NCBI GenBank assembly: GCA_030148865.1
Contig: JASBSR010000040.1
Span: forward strand, 141,145-205,144
DNA length: 64,000 bases
Origin: Gammaproteobacteria bacterium
GTDB taxonomy: Bacteria > Pseudomonadota > Gammaproteobacteria > SZUA-229
Direction of reading: 5' to 3'
Below the pieces are notes generated by a model that worked only from the letters and a program-made list of their open reading frames with translations, searched no databases and was not told the origin of the DNA. The position numbers and the translations under genes were made by a program. Positions 51,988-61,826 of the stretch are shown one piece after another. The first letter of the stretch is position 1, and each line of letters opens with the position of its first letter.

Positions 51988-52962
51988 TCAGCCGCCCTCC
52001 GCTGCTTCGTAGGCATCGACGATTCGTTTCACCAGCGGATGACGCACCACATCATTGGCATCAAACTGAGTAATACTGACGCCTTCGATGTTCTCCAGCA
52101 AATGCATCGCATGACGCAAACCCGAAATTTTTTCGCGCGGCAGGTCCACCTGGGTAACATCCCCGGTGACCACCGCGCGAGAACCAAAACCGATACGCGT
52201 CAAAAACATTTTCATCTGGTCGATGGTAGTATTCTGCGCTTCATCTAGAATGATGAAGGCATCGTTCAGTGTGCGACCGCGCATATAGGCCAGCGGCGCA
52301 ATCTCGATGACATTACGCTCGATCAGTTTGGCGACTTTTTCTGTACCCATCATATCGTAAAGTGCATCGTATATCGGGCGCAGATACGGATCGATTTTTT
52401 GCGCCAGATCACCCGGCAAAAATCCTAGCCGTTCGCCTGCTTCTACTGCAGGGCGTACCAGCACCAGACGTTCGACTTCGTCATTGTCGAGTGCGTTCAC
52501 CGCACAGGCAACCGCAAGATAGGTTTTACCGGTTCCCGCCGGACCGACGCCCATGGTTAAATCATTGATCTGAATCTGTTTCAGGTAAATTTTCTGGTGC
52601 TTGCCACGACCACGGATAGTGCCTTTGCGAGTTTTCACACTCCAGTGTTCAATCTCGTCATGGCTGTCTTCATGATGCACACGATCATCATTAATTTCAC
52701 TGAGAAATAATTGCACCAGCGCCGGTGTCAGGGCTTCTTCGTCGGCATAGTGGTACAAAGACTGAATCGCATCCATCGCCGCCTGCGCGCTGCCATCCAG
52801 ACTCTGGTCGCGACTGCGGATCTGGAATTGATTACCGCGACAATCAATTGCGACATCAAAAAAACTTTCCAGCTGATGCAGATGCTGATTAAACTGGCCG
52901 CATAAATTCGCCAGTTTCACATTGTCTTCAGGTTGTAACTCGAAATCGAGACTGTCTGGCAT
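51988..52962 (-). CDS. ybeZ: PhoH-like ATPase
   Basis: GPAGTGKT, RPAVEAGERLGFLPGDL, MRGRTL, DEAQN. Confidence 0.95.
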   Translation of the reverse strand: MPDSLDFELQPEDNVKLANLCGQFNQHLHQLESFFDVAIDCRGNQFQIRSRDQSLDGSAQAAMDAIQSLYHYADEEALTPALVQLFLSEINDDRVHHEDSHDEIEHWSVKTRKGTIRGRGKHQKIYLKQIQINDLTMGVGPAGTGKTYLAVACAVNALDNDEVERLVLVRPAVEAGERLGFLPGDLAQKIDPYLRPIYDALYDMMGTEKVAKLIERNVIEIAPLAYMRGRTLNDAFIILDEAQNTTIDQMKMFLTRIGFGSRAVVTGDVTQVDLPREKISGLRHAMHLLENIEGVSITQFDANDVVRHPLVKRIVDAYEAAEGG

Positions 52963-54362
52963 CAGGTGGTCCTGGCCTCTCCACTAGAATACTGATACTG
53001 CGCCCTGCTTACCGCATCGTCGATCGTAATCAATTCACCCTGTAACGAGTTGGTCCACGACGCGGTAATGCGTACATCGACAAATTTGCCGATAAGCGAT
53101 TCATCGCCGTCAAAATTCACCACTCGACTATTTTCAGTGCGACCGGACATTTGCGGCGTGGTTTTATGTTCCAGGGTTTTGCGCGACGGGCCTTCGACCA
53201 GAATGCGCTGCACACTGCCAACCATAGCTTTGCTAATTGCAGTTGCGTTGCTGGCAATCACATCCTGCAAAATCGCCAGCCGGTGTTTTTTAATCAGCAA
53301 GGTAGTGTCGTCGATCATATCGGCGGCCGGTGTGCCAGGACGCGCGCTATAAATAAAACTGAAGGACTGGTCAAAGCCGATATCGTCAATCAACTGCATG
53401 GTAGCGTTAAAGTCTTCATCGCTTTCGCCGGGAAAACCAATAATAAAATCAGAAGAAATCGAAATATCCGGGCGCACTGCGCGCAAACGTTTTATTTTAT
53501 CGCGATAATCATCAGCCGTGTGACCGCGTTTCATCGCTGCGAGGATGCGATCCGACCCGCTTTGCACCGGCAGATGCAAAAAACTCACCAGTTCGGGGAC
53601 TTCGGCGTAAGCATTGATCAGGCTATCGCTGAATTCCACCGGGTGCGAGGTGGTAAAACGGATGCGTTCAATACCCTCGACCGCCGCGACGTATTGAATC
53701 AACAATGCAAGATCGGCGATCGTGCTGTCTTCCATCGCACCCTGATAAGCATTGACATTCTGGCCAAGCAGATTGACTTCGCGCACACCGCGCGCGGCGA
53801 GACCGGCGACTTCGGCGAGCACATCATCGAAGGGACGGCTGACTTCTTCACCGCGGGTGTAGGGCACCACGCAAAAAGTGCAGTACTTGCTGCAGCCTTC
53901 CATAATCGAAACAAAGGCGCTGGGGCCTTTGACGCTGGGCTGCGGCAGGCAATCGAACTTTTCGATTTCGGGGAAGCTGATATCAACCACTTTCTGCTGC
54001 CGGGTCTGTACGCTTTTCAGCAGCTCGGGCAAGCGGTGGATGGTCTGCGGGCCGAATACCATATCGACATAGGGCGCGCGCTGCTGAATCGCGGCACCTT
54101 CCTGGCTGGCGACACAGCCGCCGACGCCGATCACCAGATCGGGCTTGTTCTGTTTCCAGTGTTTCCAGTGACCGAGTTGCGAGAACACTTTTTCCTGCGC
54201 TTTTTCCCGAATCGAACAGGTATTGAGCAGCAGAACGTCGGCATCTTCGGGATTTAAGGTCAGCTCAAGATGGTGGGATTCGGCGAGCACATCGGCGATG
54301 CGGGAAGAATCATATTCATTCATCTGGCAGCCAAATGTCTTGATATACAGCTTGCGGCTCAT
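52962..54362 (-). CDS. miaB: tRNA-2-methylthio-N6-dimethylallyladenosine synthase
   Basis: [28 protein letters not shown] radical-SAM motif, TRAM domain. Confidence 0.98.
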   Translation of the reverse strand: MSRKLYIKTFGCQMNEYDSSRIADVLAESHHLELTLNPEDADVLLLNTCSIREKAQEKVFSQLGHWKHWKQNKPDLVIGVGGCVASQEGAAIQQRAPYVDMVFGPQTIHRLPELLKSVQTRQQKVVDISFPEIEKFDCLPQPSVKGPSAFVSIMEGCSKYCTFCVVPYTRGEEVSRPFDDVLAEVAGLAARGVREVNLLGQNVNAYQGAMEDSTIADLALLIQYVAAVEGIERIRFTTSHPVEFSDSLINAYAEVPELVSFLHLPVQSGSDRILAAMKRGHTADDYRDKIKRLRAVRPDISISSDFIIGFPGESDEDFNATMQLIDDIGFDQSFSFIYSARPGTPAADMIDDTTLLIKKHRLAILQDVIASNATAISKAMVGSVQRILVEGPSRKTLEHKTTPQMSGRTENSRVVNFDGDESLIGKFVDVRITASWTNSLQGELITIDDAVSRAQYQYSSGEARTT

Positions 54363-54574
54363 GGTGTCCTGAGGCGATTACACGGAGAGCAAGATTATCA
54401 TGTTTGGCGAGGCGATAGCACCCGCCACAAGGAGCTATTCAGCCCCGGCTGGCGGTCAGAACACAGATTCCAGCTGGGTCGGGATTTTTTTTGTCCAGCA
54501 CCGGCGTCAGTCGTCCTGCAGAGGGCGCTACAGCCGGCGCTGTGGTAAAACCGCACAGCAGTCAGGCAGAATCC

Positions 54575-55330
54575 TTAATGATGCCCTCCCTGCCCGTGCA
54601 ACGGGTGACCTTCCGCATCATAAAAGCCTGAGGCACCGTGTTTGACAAAACCGAGATTAATCATCTGCATCAAAAACGGATCCGATTCATTATCACCGAT
54701 ATCGATATAATCCGTGGTTTGATAGCCATCCCACTCTGACAATCGCTGCCGGATGCGATTTGGATCAATCACGACTTCTTCCAGCTCCCAGAGCAATTCG
54801 GCCCTGGCTGTTTTTTCGCTAAACCTTTTCACCAGTTTTTTTGCTGGCAGCCAGTCCAGCTGGAGACTCGCGTGACCCTGATCACCTGCATAACTGAGCA
54901 CCTGCTCACAGCCAGTGCCAGCGTCAGCGACACGCTCCATTTTGTGGATCAGTTGATCGGATATCAGCTGGTATTTAAGACTCCAGTCCTTTTCAACGGA
55001 GTTCTGCTTAATTTCATCCGGCGCATATTCGATACCACGCCGATGGCGATCAAAATATCGTACCAGACGCAATCGATCTCCGGTGACCGACTGCCAGAGC
55101 TCACTGAGACCGCGCTCCTGATACTGATGCACCACCTGATTCTTATCACGCCACAACACAACATGCTCCGTGGCTATGTTTTTTGCAGCTGTGTTTTTTG
55201 CAGCTGTGTTTGTTGTTGCAATTCTGGTGACCTTGTATTTTGCTGAAACAATATCAGCGTCAATATCGCAGGCAGTATGCGCCACATCGGCAAATGTCAC
55301 GGTTGCTATAAATAACAATACAAGTTTCAT
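54575..55330 (-). CDS. Hypothetical exported protein with His-rich C-terminus
   Basis: Signal peptide; DYIDIGDNESDPFL...GFVKHGASGFYDAEGHPLHGQGGHH; directly downstream of alkaline phosphatase. Confidence 0.75.
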   Translation of the reverse strand: MKLVLLFIATVTFADVAHTACDIDADIVSAKYKVTRIATTNTAAKNTAAKNIATEHVVLWRDKNQVVHQYQERGLSELWQSVTGDRLRLVRYFDRHRRGIEYAPDEIKQNSVEKDWSLKYQLISDQLIHKMERVADAGTGCEQVLSYAGDQGHASLQLDWLPAKKLVKRFSEKTARAELLWELEEVVIDPNRIRQRLSEWDGYQTTDYIDIGDNESDPFLMQMINLGFVKHGASGFYDAEGHPLHGQGGHH

Positions 55331-55357
55331 TGTGATTCACTCAATAAGCTGGACAAT

Positions 55358-55384
55358 AAAAAATGAGGGGCCATGCCCCTCATT
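55358..55384 (-). terminator. Hairpin/terminator after alkaline phosphatase
   Basis: AATGAGGGGC-CAT-GCCCCTCATT 10-bp stem with a minus-strand T-rich tail. Confidence 0.6.
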
Positions 55385-55417
55385 AGCATTACTTGTAGAA
55401 AACTCTGACAATTTAAC

Positions 55418-57037
55418 TTAGTCGTCCAGAGCGTCTGCCGCTTTTTCTTCAAGATTGGCCGCACGATCCATGACATGGAAAACAATGTTCTGCTCGTTAG
55501 TGCCGCTAACCAGATGCGCACCCGGACCCTGACCATAAACAGCCACATCTTCGCCCGCATGTGTTTCAGAACTGAGTGGCACCATCGTTTCCTGATGGAA
55601 ACCACTAATTTCAGTATCCACTGCAGTGAGATCAACTCGACCATTCACATTGGGAAGACCATAAGTCGCATCGGCATTAGTTTCATTACCCAGATCACGG
55701 AAACCGCGTCCGTTTGTGTAACCCAGTGTGGTGTAAGGCAGACCATCTTTCGCCAGCGCGGGTGTTTCAGCACCAACCCTGACGACTTTACCCAGAATCG
55801 GGTTACCACGTTTTGGATAACCAGCAATGGTAAAGACATGACTATGATCGGCCGTGACAAGAATCAGGGTCTCGCTCATATCGACAGACGCCACCGCTGC
55901 CTGTACCGCTTTTGCAAACTCGATGGTATCGGTGAGCGCATTATAAGCACTGCCCGCGTGGTGACCGTGATCGATACGCCCTGATTCAACCATCAGGAAA
56001 AAACCTTTTTTGTTGTTATCCAGCACATCAATCGCCTTTGTTGTCATCGCACTCAAAGAAGGCTCACCAGCGATGTCATTGCCCCGATCTGCTTCATACT
56101 GCATGTGTGATTCATTGAACAGACCAAATACCCGTTCCGTCCGTGCCGGGTCAATAGCATCAAAACCGGCCTGATCAAACACATATGTACCGTTGGGGTA
56201 AGCGGCTTTCCATTCTGCAGTCAGGTCACGACCATCGGTACGATCGCCTTCGGTAGAGCTAACCGCGTCGAGGCTATTGAAGGCTGCATCTTTTGGCAGG
56301 AAGTGACGACGGCCACCCCCCATCACCACTTCGATGCCATTCACTTTGCTAGCGGTGGGATAGCGTGATTTCAGCAGGGTTTCAAAACCAACCAGCTGTG
56401 CTGCAATATCAACGCAACCGGCGGCAACTGCTTCTGCCGGCATATCTGAGATATCTTCCCAGTTACGATCAGCCGAACTGGAATAAGTAGCCGCAGGTGT
56501 TGCGTGAGTAATACGTGCAGTCGAAACGACCCCGGTAGACATGCCGGCAATTTCAGCCAGCTCCAGCGCAGTCACCAGCTCATTGCCGGCAACCGTAGAA
56601 CAATCACCGCGAACAATGTTTTCATCAACACCGATAACACCAACATCAGTTTTCACGCCTGTCATCATGGCGGTCATGGTGCCAGCTGAATCAGGTGTTT
56701 GAGCATCAACATTGTAGGTTTTAGCCATGCCGGTGAAAGGAAACATGTCGAAACTCAACTGATTCTCTTCACCCTGCATACCTTTCATTTGACCTTCAAG
56801 AATTCGCGCCGCTGTGACAGTGGATACACCCATGCCATCACCGACAAAAAGAATGACATTCTTCGCTTTCTTGTTACCGGCAAGCTTAGGCTGAGCTTCT
56901 ATTGTTGCGACCGCCTCAGTAAACCAGGGGTTGTTTGTTTGATGTGCAGGCAATACCTTTATATCATCATCAGCACATGCTGTTGATGTGAACGCCAGCG
57001 CTGCCGCGCTCGCCAGAATAGCAGGTGTGACTTTCAT
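55418..57037 (-). CDS. phoA: Alkaline phosphatase (PhoA family, secreted)
   Basis: NVILFVGDGMG, PDSAGT (catalytic Ser), THATPAA, ESGRIDHGHH, TADHSH, HAGEDV; GGAG RBS before ATG 57037. Confidence 0.95.
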   Translation of the reverse strand: MKVTPAILASAAALAFTSTACADDDIKVLPAHQTNNPWFTEAVATIEAQPKLAGNKKAKNVILFVGDGMGVSTVTAARILEGQMKGMQGEENQLSFDMFPFTGMAKTYNVDAQTPDSAGTMTAMMTGVKTDVGVIGVDENIVRGDCSTVAGNELVTALELAEIAGMSTGVVSTARITHATPAATYSSSADRNWEDISDMPAEAVAAGCVDIAAQLVGFETLLKSRYPTASKVNGIEVVMGGGRRHFLPKDAAFNSLDAVSSTEGDRTDGRDLTAEWKAAYPNGTYVFDQAGFDAIDPARTERVFGLFNESHMQYEADRGNDIAGEPSLSAMTTKAIDVLDNNKKGFFLMVESGRIDHGHHAGSAYNALTDTIEFAKAVQAAVASVDMSETLILVTADHSHVFTIAGYPKRGNPILGKVVRVGAETPALAKDGLPYTTLGYTNGRGFRDLGNETNADATYGLPNVNGRVDLTAVDTEISGFHQETMVPLSSETHAGEDVAVYGQGPGAHLVSGTNEQNIVFHVMDRAANLEEKAADALDD

Positions 57038-57140
57038 TGCTCCCTTCCTCGTAGTAGAAAATGGTTTCGTTATGATGGCAAACAGACGATTGCGCATTCA
57101 TTCAAATCCATCATACAAACTATCTATTACGAAATAATTA

Positions 57141-57165
57141 ATGACAGGTTGCAGCTTTGTGAAGG
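57141..57165 (-). promoter_or_regulatory. Candidate Pho box
   Basis: Minus strand CCTTCAC-AAAG-CTGCAAC-CTGTCAT contains one exact CTGTCAT half-site upstream of phoA; spacing is imperfect. Confidence 0.4.
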
Positions 57166-57187
57166 ATATTATACTGCAGTGACCATA

Positions 57188-57405
57188 GATTCTTCTTCGC
57201 TGAACAACGCTCATCAGCATGACAGAGTGGGTGCAGCGCTCATCAGCATGACAGTGCGGAACGTGACACCCGCCCCTGAATGACAAACCCAACACTGTCA
57301 TCCTGAACGGCAGTGAAGGATCCCAACCCACGGCAGCGGGATTCTTCTTCGCTGAACAACGCTCATCAGCATGACAGAGTGGGTGTGGCGCCCATCAGAA
57401 TGACA
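57188..57405. repeat. REP/BIME-like mosaic repeat
   Basis: Identical 46-bp direct repeat (57188-57233 and 57340-57385), repeated TCAG(C/A)ATGACA subunits and an inverted unit TGTCATCCTGAACGGCAGTGAAGGATC at 57296-57322. Confidence 0.85.
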
Positions 57406-57438
57406 CGATTGTGTGCTCGTAAGTCACACAATAGCGAC

Positions 57439-59271
57439 TCACTCGACGGTGACTGACTTGGCCAGATTACGCGGCTGATCAACGTCGGTGCCTTTACCCA
57501 CGGCGACAAAATACGACAATAACTGCAAGGGGACGGCGTAGAGCACCGGCGCTAGTTCAGCAGCGATTGCCGGAAGGCGGATCACGCTGCAGGCGGTGTC
57601 GAGATCATCCAGCTGGATACACTCGTCAGCAAACAGATAGACCTTGCCGTTGCGCGCCAGAATTTCCTGAATATTGGATTTGATCTTGCCTTCGTGACCG
57701 TCCATGCAGGCGATGGCAATGGTCGGCATGTCCTGATCGATGAGCGCGATCGGGCCGTGTTTGAGCTCCCCGGCAGGGTAGGCATCAGCGTGGATGTAAG
57801 AAATTTCTTTGAGCTTGAGCGCGCCTTCCAGCGCGATCGGATAAAGCAGGCCGCGACCAATAAAAATTGCATTTTTCAGGTCGGTGAAATCTTCCGCCCA
57901 GCGCTCGATGACTGCCGCATTCTGCAACACCGAATCGATTAGCGTCGGCAGCATCAGTGCCTGCTGCAACAGGGTATGCGCCTCGGCTTCGGCCATGCCG
58001 TTACGCCGACCCAGCGCCACTACCAGCAGCAGCAAAGACAGTAGCTGACTGGTGAAAGCCTTGGTCGAGGCAACACCGATTTCCGGGCCAGCACGGGTCA
58101 TCAGCCGCAGTGCGGACTCACGCACCAGCGAACTTTCTGGCACATTGCAAATGCTTAAGGTAGCGCTGGTCTTTGATTTAATGCCGCGCAATGCCGCCAG
58201 AGTGTCGGCGGTTTCGCCGGACTGCGAGATCGTCACCACCAGCGTGTTATCCAGCAGCACCGTTTTGCGATAACGGTATTCACTGGCGACTTCAACATGA
58301 CAGGGAACACCCGCCAGCGCCTCCAGCCAGTATTTCGCCACCAGCCCGGCGTGATAGCTGGTGCCACAGGCAATGATCTGAACATGACGCGTGCTATCGA
58401 GAATTGCTTCGGCGTCGGGGCCAAACACCGAAGCCAGCAGCCGGCCGTCGTGCACCCGGCCTTCGAGCACATCGATCAAACAGGTGGGCTGCTCGTGGAT
58501 TTCTTTCAGCATGTAGTGCCGATATTCACCACGGGCGGTGGCATCGGCGCTGAGCTCGGACTCACGAATCTCGCGCTCGACAAGGTCGCCGTTGGCGGCG
58601 TAAATAACCAGTGAGTTACAGCGAATGTCGGCGATATCACCTTCTTCAAGATAGATAAATCGGCGCGTCACCGGCAGCAATGCCGAGGCATCGGAAGCGA
58701 TAAAATGCTCACCAAAGCCGATACCGATCACCAGCGGGCTACCGCGGCGAGTGGCCACCAGACGGCCGGCATCGGCGACAGAAACCACACCCAAAGCGTA
58801 GGCACCGTCAAAATCGGTGACCGCGAGTTTCACCGCCTGCAACAGATCGCCGTGTTGGTTCAGATAATGCTCGATCTGATGCGCGGCGACTTCAGTGTCC
58901 GTCTCGGAAGTGAACTTGAATCCCACAGTTTTCTGGCTCTGGCGCAGGCTGCCGTGGTTTTCGATAATGCCATTGTGCACAATCGCGACCTTGCCGTTGC
59001 AGATATGAGGATGCGCATTGCTCTCACTGGGGCTGCCGTGGGTGGCCCAGCGGGTGTGGGCGACCCCGTAAAAGCCTTTCAGCGGCGAAGCGTCGAGGGC
59101 ATCGGATAAAGCCTTCACTTTACCGACCCGGCGCAGACGATCGATACAGGTCGCCTCATTGATCACGGCAATACCAGCCGAATCATAACCCCGATATTCG
59201 AGGCGACGCAGACCTTCCAGCAAAATGGGGGTGACATTACGCTCGGCGACAGCGCCAACAATTCCACACAT
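57439..59271 (-). CDS. glmS: Glutamine--fructose-6-phosphate transaminase (isomerizing)
   Basis: MCGIVG, LEYRGYDSAG, HTRWATHG, SQSGETADT, EGALKLKEISY, PRNLAKSVTVE. Confidence 0.98.
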   Translation of the reverse strand: MCGIVGAVAERNVTPILLEGLRRLEYRGYDSAGIAVINEATCIDRLRRVGKVKALSDALDASPLKGFYGVAHTRWATHGSPSESNAHPHICNGKVAIVHNGIIENHGSLRQSQKTVGFKFTSETDTEVAAHQIEHYLNQHGDLLQAVKLAVTDFDGAYALGVVSVADAGRLVATRRGSPLVIGIGFGEHFIASDASALLPVTRRFIYLEEGDIADIRCNSLVIYAANGDLVEREIRESELSADATARGEYRHYMLKEIHEQPTCLIDVLEGRVHDGRLLASVFGPDAEAILDSTRHVQIIACGTSYHAGLVAKYWLEALAGVPCHVEVASEYRYRKTVLLDNTLVVTISQSGETADTLAALRGIKSKTSATLSICNVPESSLVRESALRLMTRAGPEIGVASTKAFTSQLLSLLLLVVALGRRNGMAEAEAHTLLQQALMLPTLIDSVLQNAAVIERWAEDFTDLKNAIFIGRGLLYPIALEGALKLKEISYIHADAYPAGELKHGPIALIDQDMPTIAIACMDGHEGKIKSNIQEILARNGKVYLFADECIQLDDLDTACSVIRLPAIAAELAPVLYAVPLQLLSYFVAVGKGTDVDQPRNLAKSVTVE

Positions 59272-59470
59272 ATAATTAACTCAAATAATAGTTTCCTGGC
59301 TCTATTCTAGACGATAAGTCATTACGAATGTGCACACACCGCTGGCAAGCTATATACTGCTGGCAAAGCCGCCAGGCCTGTTTTTTTTTGCGCAACAGGC
59401 AAGATAAATATCCTCACTCTGTTTCGGCGCACCTTGAGTACCAGAACAGGGTCAACCGTCGAGGTCGAAC

Positions 59471-61090
59471 ATGGTTAGATACTGGTTATTTACGCTAGCT
59501 GCATTCGCAGCTCTGACAGTGGCACTCGTCGCTGTTAGCAAACCAGAAATTCTCTGGTCACTGGTGATTCTGCTGCCACTTATCGGGCTATTAATCAGAG
59601 ACAGCGTGCAACGCAAACACACTGTGCTGCGCAATTTCCCCATCATTGGTCATTTTCGTTATTTTATGGAAATGGTGCGCCCCGAAATTCAACAATATTT
59701 TATTGAAAACAATATTGATGCCTTCCCCATCGAGCGCGAATTCCGCAGTGTCGTCTACCAGCGCGCCAAGGGTGAACTGCAAACTAAACCCTTTGGCACG
59801 CAACGCGATGTCTACCGCATTGGTTATGAATGGGCCAGTCACTCCATCGCGGCCAGAAAGGCGATGCAGGAAGCGCCCCGGGTTCGTATTGGTGGCAGCG
59901 ACTGCCAGCAGCCTTACCAATCCTCAATATTAAATATTTCTGCGATGAGCTTTGGCGCTCTTTCCAGTAACGCGGTGCGGGCACTGAATCACGGTGCCAA
60001 AAAAGGCGGTTTTGCGCATAATACCGGAGAAGGCGGCATCTCGCCTTATCATCTCGAACCCGGCGGCGACCTGATCTGGCAAGTGGGTACCGGCTACTTT
60101 GGCTGTCGTGATAAGGCGGGCGACTTTGATGCAGATTTGTTTGAGCAAAACGCTCGACGTGAGTCGATCCGCATGATTGAACTCAAGTTATCACAGGGTG
60201 CCAAGCCCGGCCATGGCGGCGTCCTGCCTGGTGTTAAAGTGAGCCGCGAAATCGCTGAAATCCGCGGCCTCGAACCGGGCAAGACCGTGATTTCACCACC
60301 GGGTCATAGTACCTTTTCCACCCCGATTGAACTCATGCAGTTTATTGCACGCCTGCGCAAACTCTCTGGTGGTAAACCCGTCGGCTTCAAGTTTTGCGTC
60401 GGTCGGCGCAGTGATGTGTTCGCAATCTGCAAGGCGATGCTGGAAACCGGCATCAGGCCTGATTTCATCACGGTGGATGGCGGTGAAGGTGGCACCGGCG
60501 CAGCCCCGCTGGAATTTACCAACTCACTGGGCATGCCGGCGCGCGACGCCTGGATTTTTGTGCATAGCGCACTGACAGGGGCCGGTTTGCGTGATGACAT
60601 CAAACTCATTGCCAGCGGTAAAATTCTGACGGGCTTCCATCTGATCCGCGCAATGGCGCTCGGCGCCGACCTGTGTGCCTCGGCACGAGGCATGCTGTTC
60701 GCGCTGGGCTGTATTCAGTCGCTGCGCTGCAATACCAATCACTGCCCCACCGGCATCACCACTCAAATTCCTGCGCTGGTCTACGGGCTTGATGTCACCG
60801 ACAAAGCCGAGCGTGTCTATCGCTTTCAACGCGGAACCCTAGAAAGTGGCCTCGAACTGCTCGGCGCTATGGGCCTGCAAAGTTTTGCGGAACTTGAACC
60901 GCATCATATTTTCCGGCGCGTCGATGACTTACGCGTGCGCCACATGAGTGAGTTGTATGATTATCTTGAACCTGGACAATTACTGGATCAAAAGAATTTA
61001 CCTGACGGCATCAGAGAAGAATGGCGTAACAGCCGCCCAGACTGCTGGACGCTGCACCCCGAACAGGGACAGCACAGTGATGAGCTATAG
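59471..61090 (+). CDS. FMN-binding glutamate synthase family protein (YerD/GltB2-like, N-terminal TM)
   Basis: RNFPIIGHFRY, NISAMSFGALS, NTGEGG, IELKLSQGAKPGHGG, VDGGEGGTGAAP, CIQSLRCNTNHCPTG. Confidence 0.93.
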   Translation: MVRYWLFTLAAFAALTVALVAVSKPEILWSLVILLPLIGLLIRDSVQRKHTVLRNFPIIGHFRYFMEMVRPEIQQYFIENNIDAFPIEREFRSVVYQRAKGELQTKPFGTQRDVYRIGYEWASHSIAARKAMQEAPRVRIGGSDCQQPYQSSILNISAMSFGALSSNAVRALNHGAKKGGFAHNTGEGGISPYHLEPGGDLIWQVGTGYFGCRDKAGDFDADLFEQNARRESIRMIELKLSQGAKPGHGGVLPGVKVSREIAEIRGLEPGKTVISPPGHSTFSTPIELMQFIARLRKLSGGKPVGFKFCVGRRSDVFAICKAMLETGIRPDFITVDGGEGGTGAAPLEFTNSLGMPARDAWIFVHSALTGAGLRDDIKLIASGKILTGFHLIRAMALGADLCASARGMLFALGCIQSLRCNTNHCPTGITTQIPALVYGLDVTDKAERVYRFQRGTLESGLELLGAMGLQSFAELEPHHIFRRVDDLRVRHMSELYDYLEPGQLLDQKNLPDGIREEWRNSRPDCWTLHPEQGQHSDEL

Positions 61091-61167
61091 CCGCAGCTGA
61101 TCACAGCTGCCCGCTGCAGATCTGCAGTGAACACCATTTTTCTGGTGGTTATTTTGCACAAACGTTA

Positions 61168-61479
61168 TCACTGCCTGGATCTCAGGCGGTCAAGCATGCG
61201 CTGAACAGAATCCTTAATACTTAACCAGGCCGCTTCCAGATCTGAGTGCTGATGCTCACTGAGGTGGGCCGCTTCCTGTTTGGCTTTTTCGATTTTCACA
61301 ATAAGATCCTGTCGCTTCAGGCTCAGCTGGGTAAGTTCGTGCTGATACTGGTCATGCTGTGCTTTGTTATTTGCGTCTCCTGCCTGCTCGACCATACCCG
61401 CAATCTGCTGCAGGCTAGTTTCCAGGCCGGATAATTCTAATAACAAATTATTAAGATAGCGATGATGAATTTCACCCAT
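61168..61479 (-). CDS. Coiled-coil hypothetical protein
   Basis: GGAGG RBS; heptad-rich; C-terminal DLEAAWLSIKDSV. Confidence 0.65.
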   Translation of the reverse strand: MGEIHHRYLNNLLLELSGLETSLQQIAGMVEQAGDANNKAQHDQYQHELTQLSLKRQDLIVKIEKAKQEAAHLSEHQHSDLEAAWLSIKDSVQRMLDRLRSRQ

Positions 61480-61826
61480 AGAGCCACCTCCATTTTATTC
61501 AATAGCCGAGGATCAGGGCCTTGCTACTATCGCATCTCTGACAGCCCAGACATGAAAGCGCGCAAAGTTTTTCTGACCAACACCAACCGCGCCTTTATTA
61601 AGATAGAGTGCCCACGCCCAGCCGGGTTCACATATTCTGTGTGGTAGCTGGCCAATAGTGGAAACTCGGCGAGACTAGCATTTCATGGCCAGACCAGCTC
61701 GGTCAATCGGTCGATCACGACAAGGCCCTGAACCTCAAAGTACGGCTCGGCCGGGCCGGAACAAAATGCCACATTCTGACCGCTGCCCGGTTTGCAACAT
61801 TCATCGAACACCACTACCGATAGCAC

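Noticed and set aside
53151..54257. 368-aa plus-strand ORF
   Set aside because: Lies entirely antisense to miaB and has no domain features.
57188..57405. Possible CRISPR array
   Set aside because: Only two full repeats, the 106-bp intervening sequence contains sub-repeats and an inverted unit, and there are no cas genes in the window.
59272..59470. glmS ribozyme or other riboswitch upstream of glmS
   Set aside because: No recognisable conserved core; this ribozyme is mainly found in Firmicutes.
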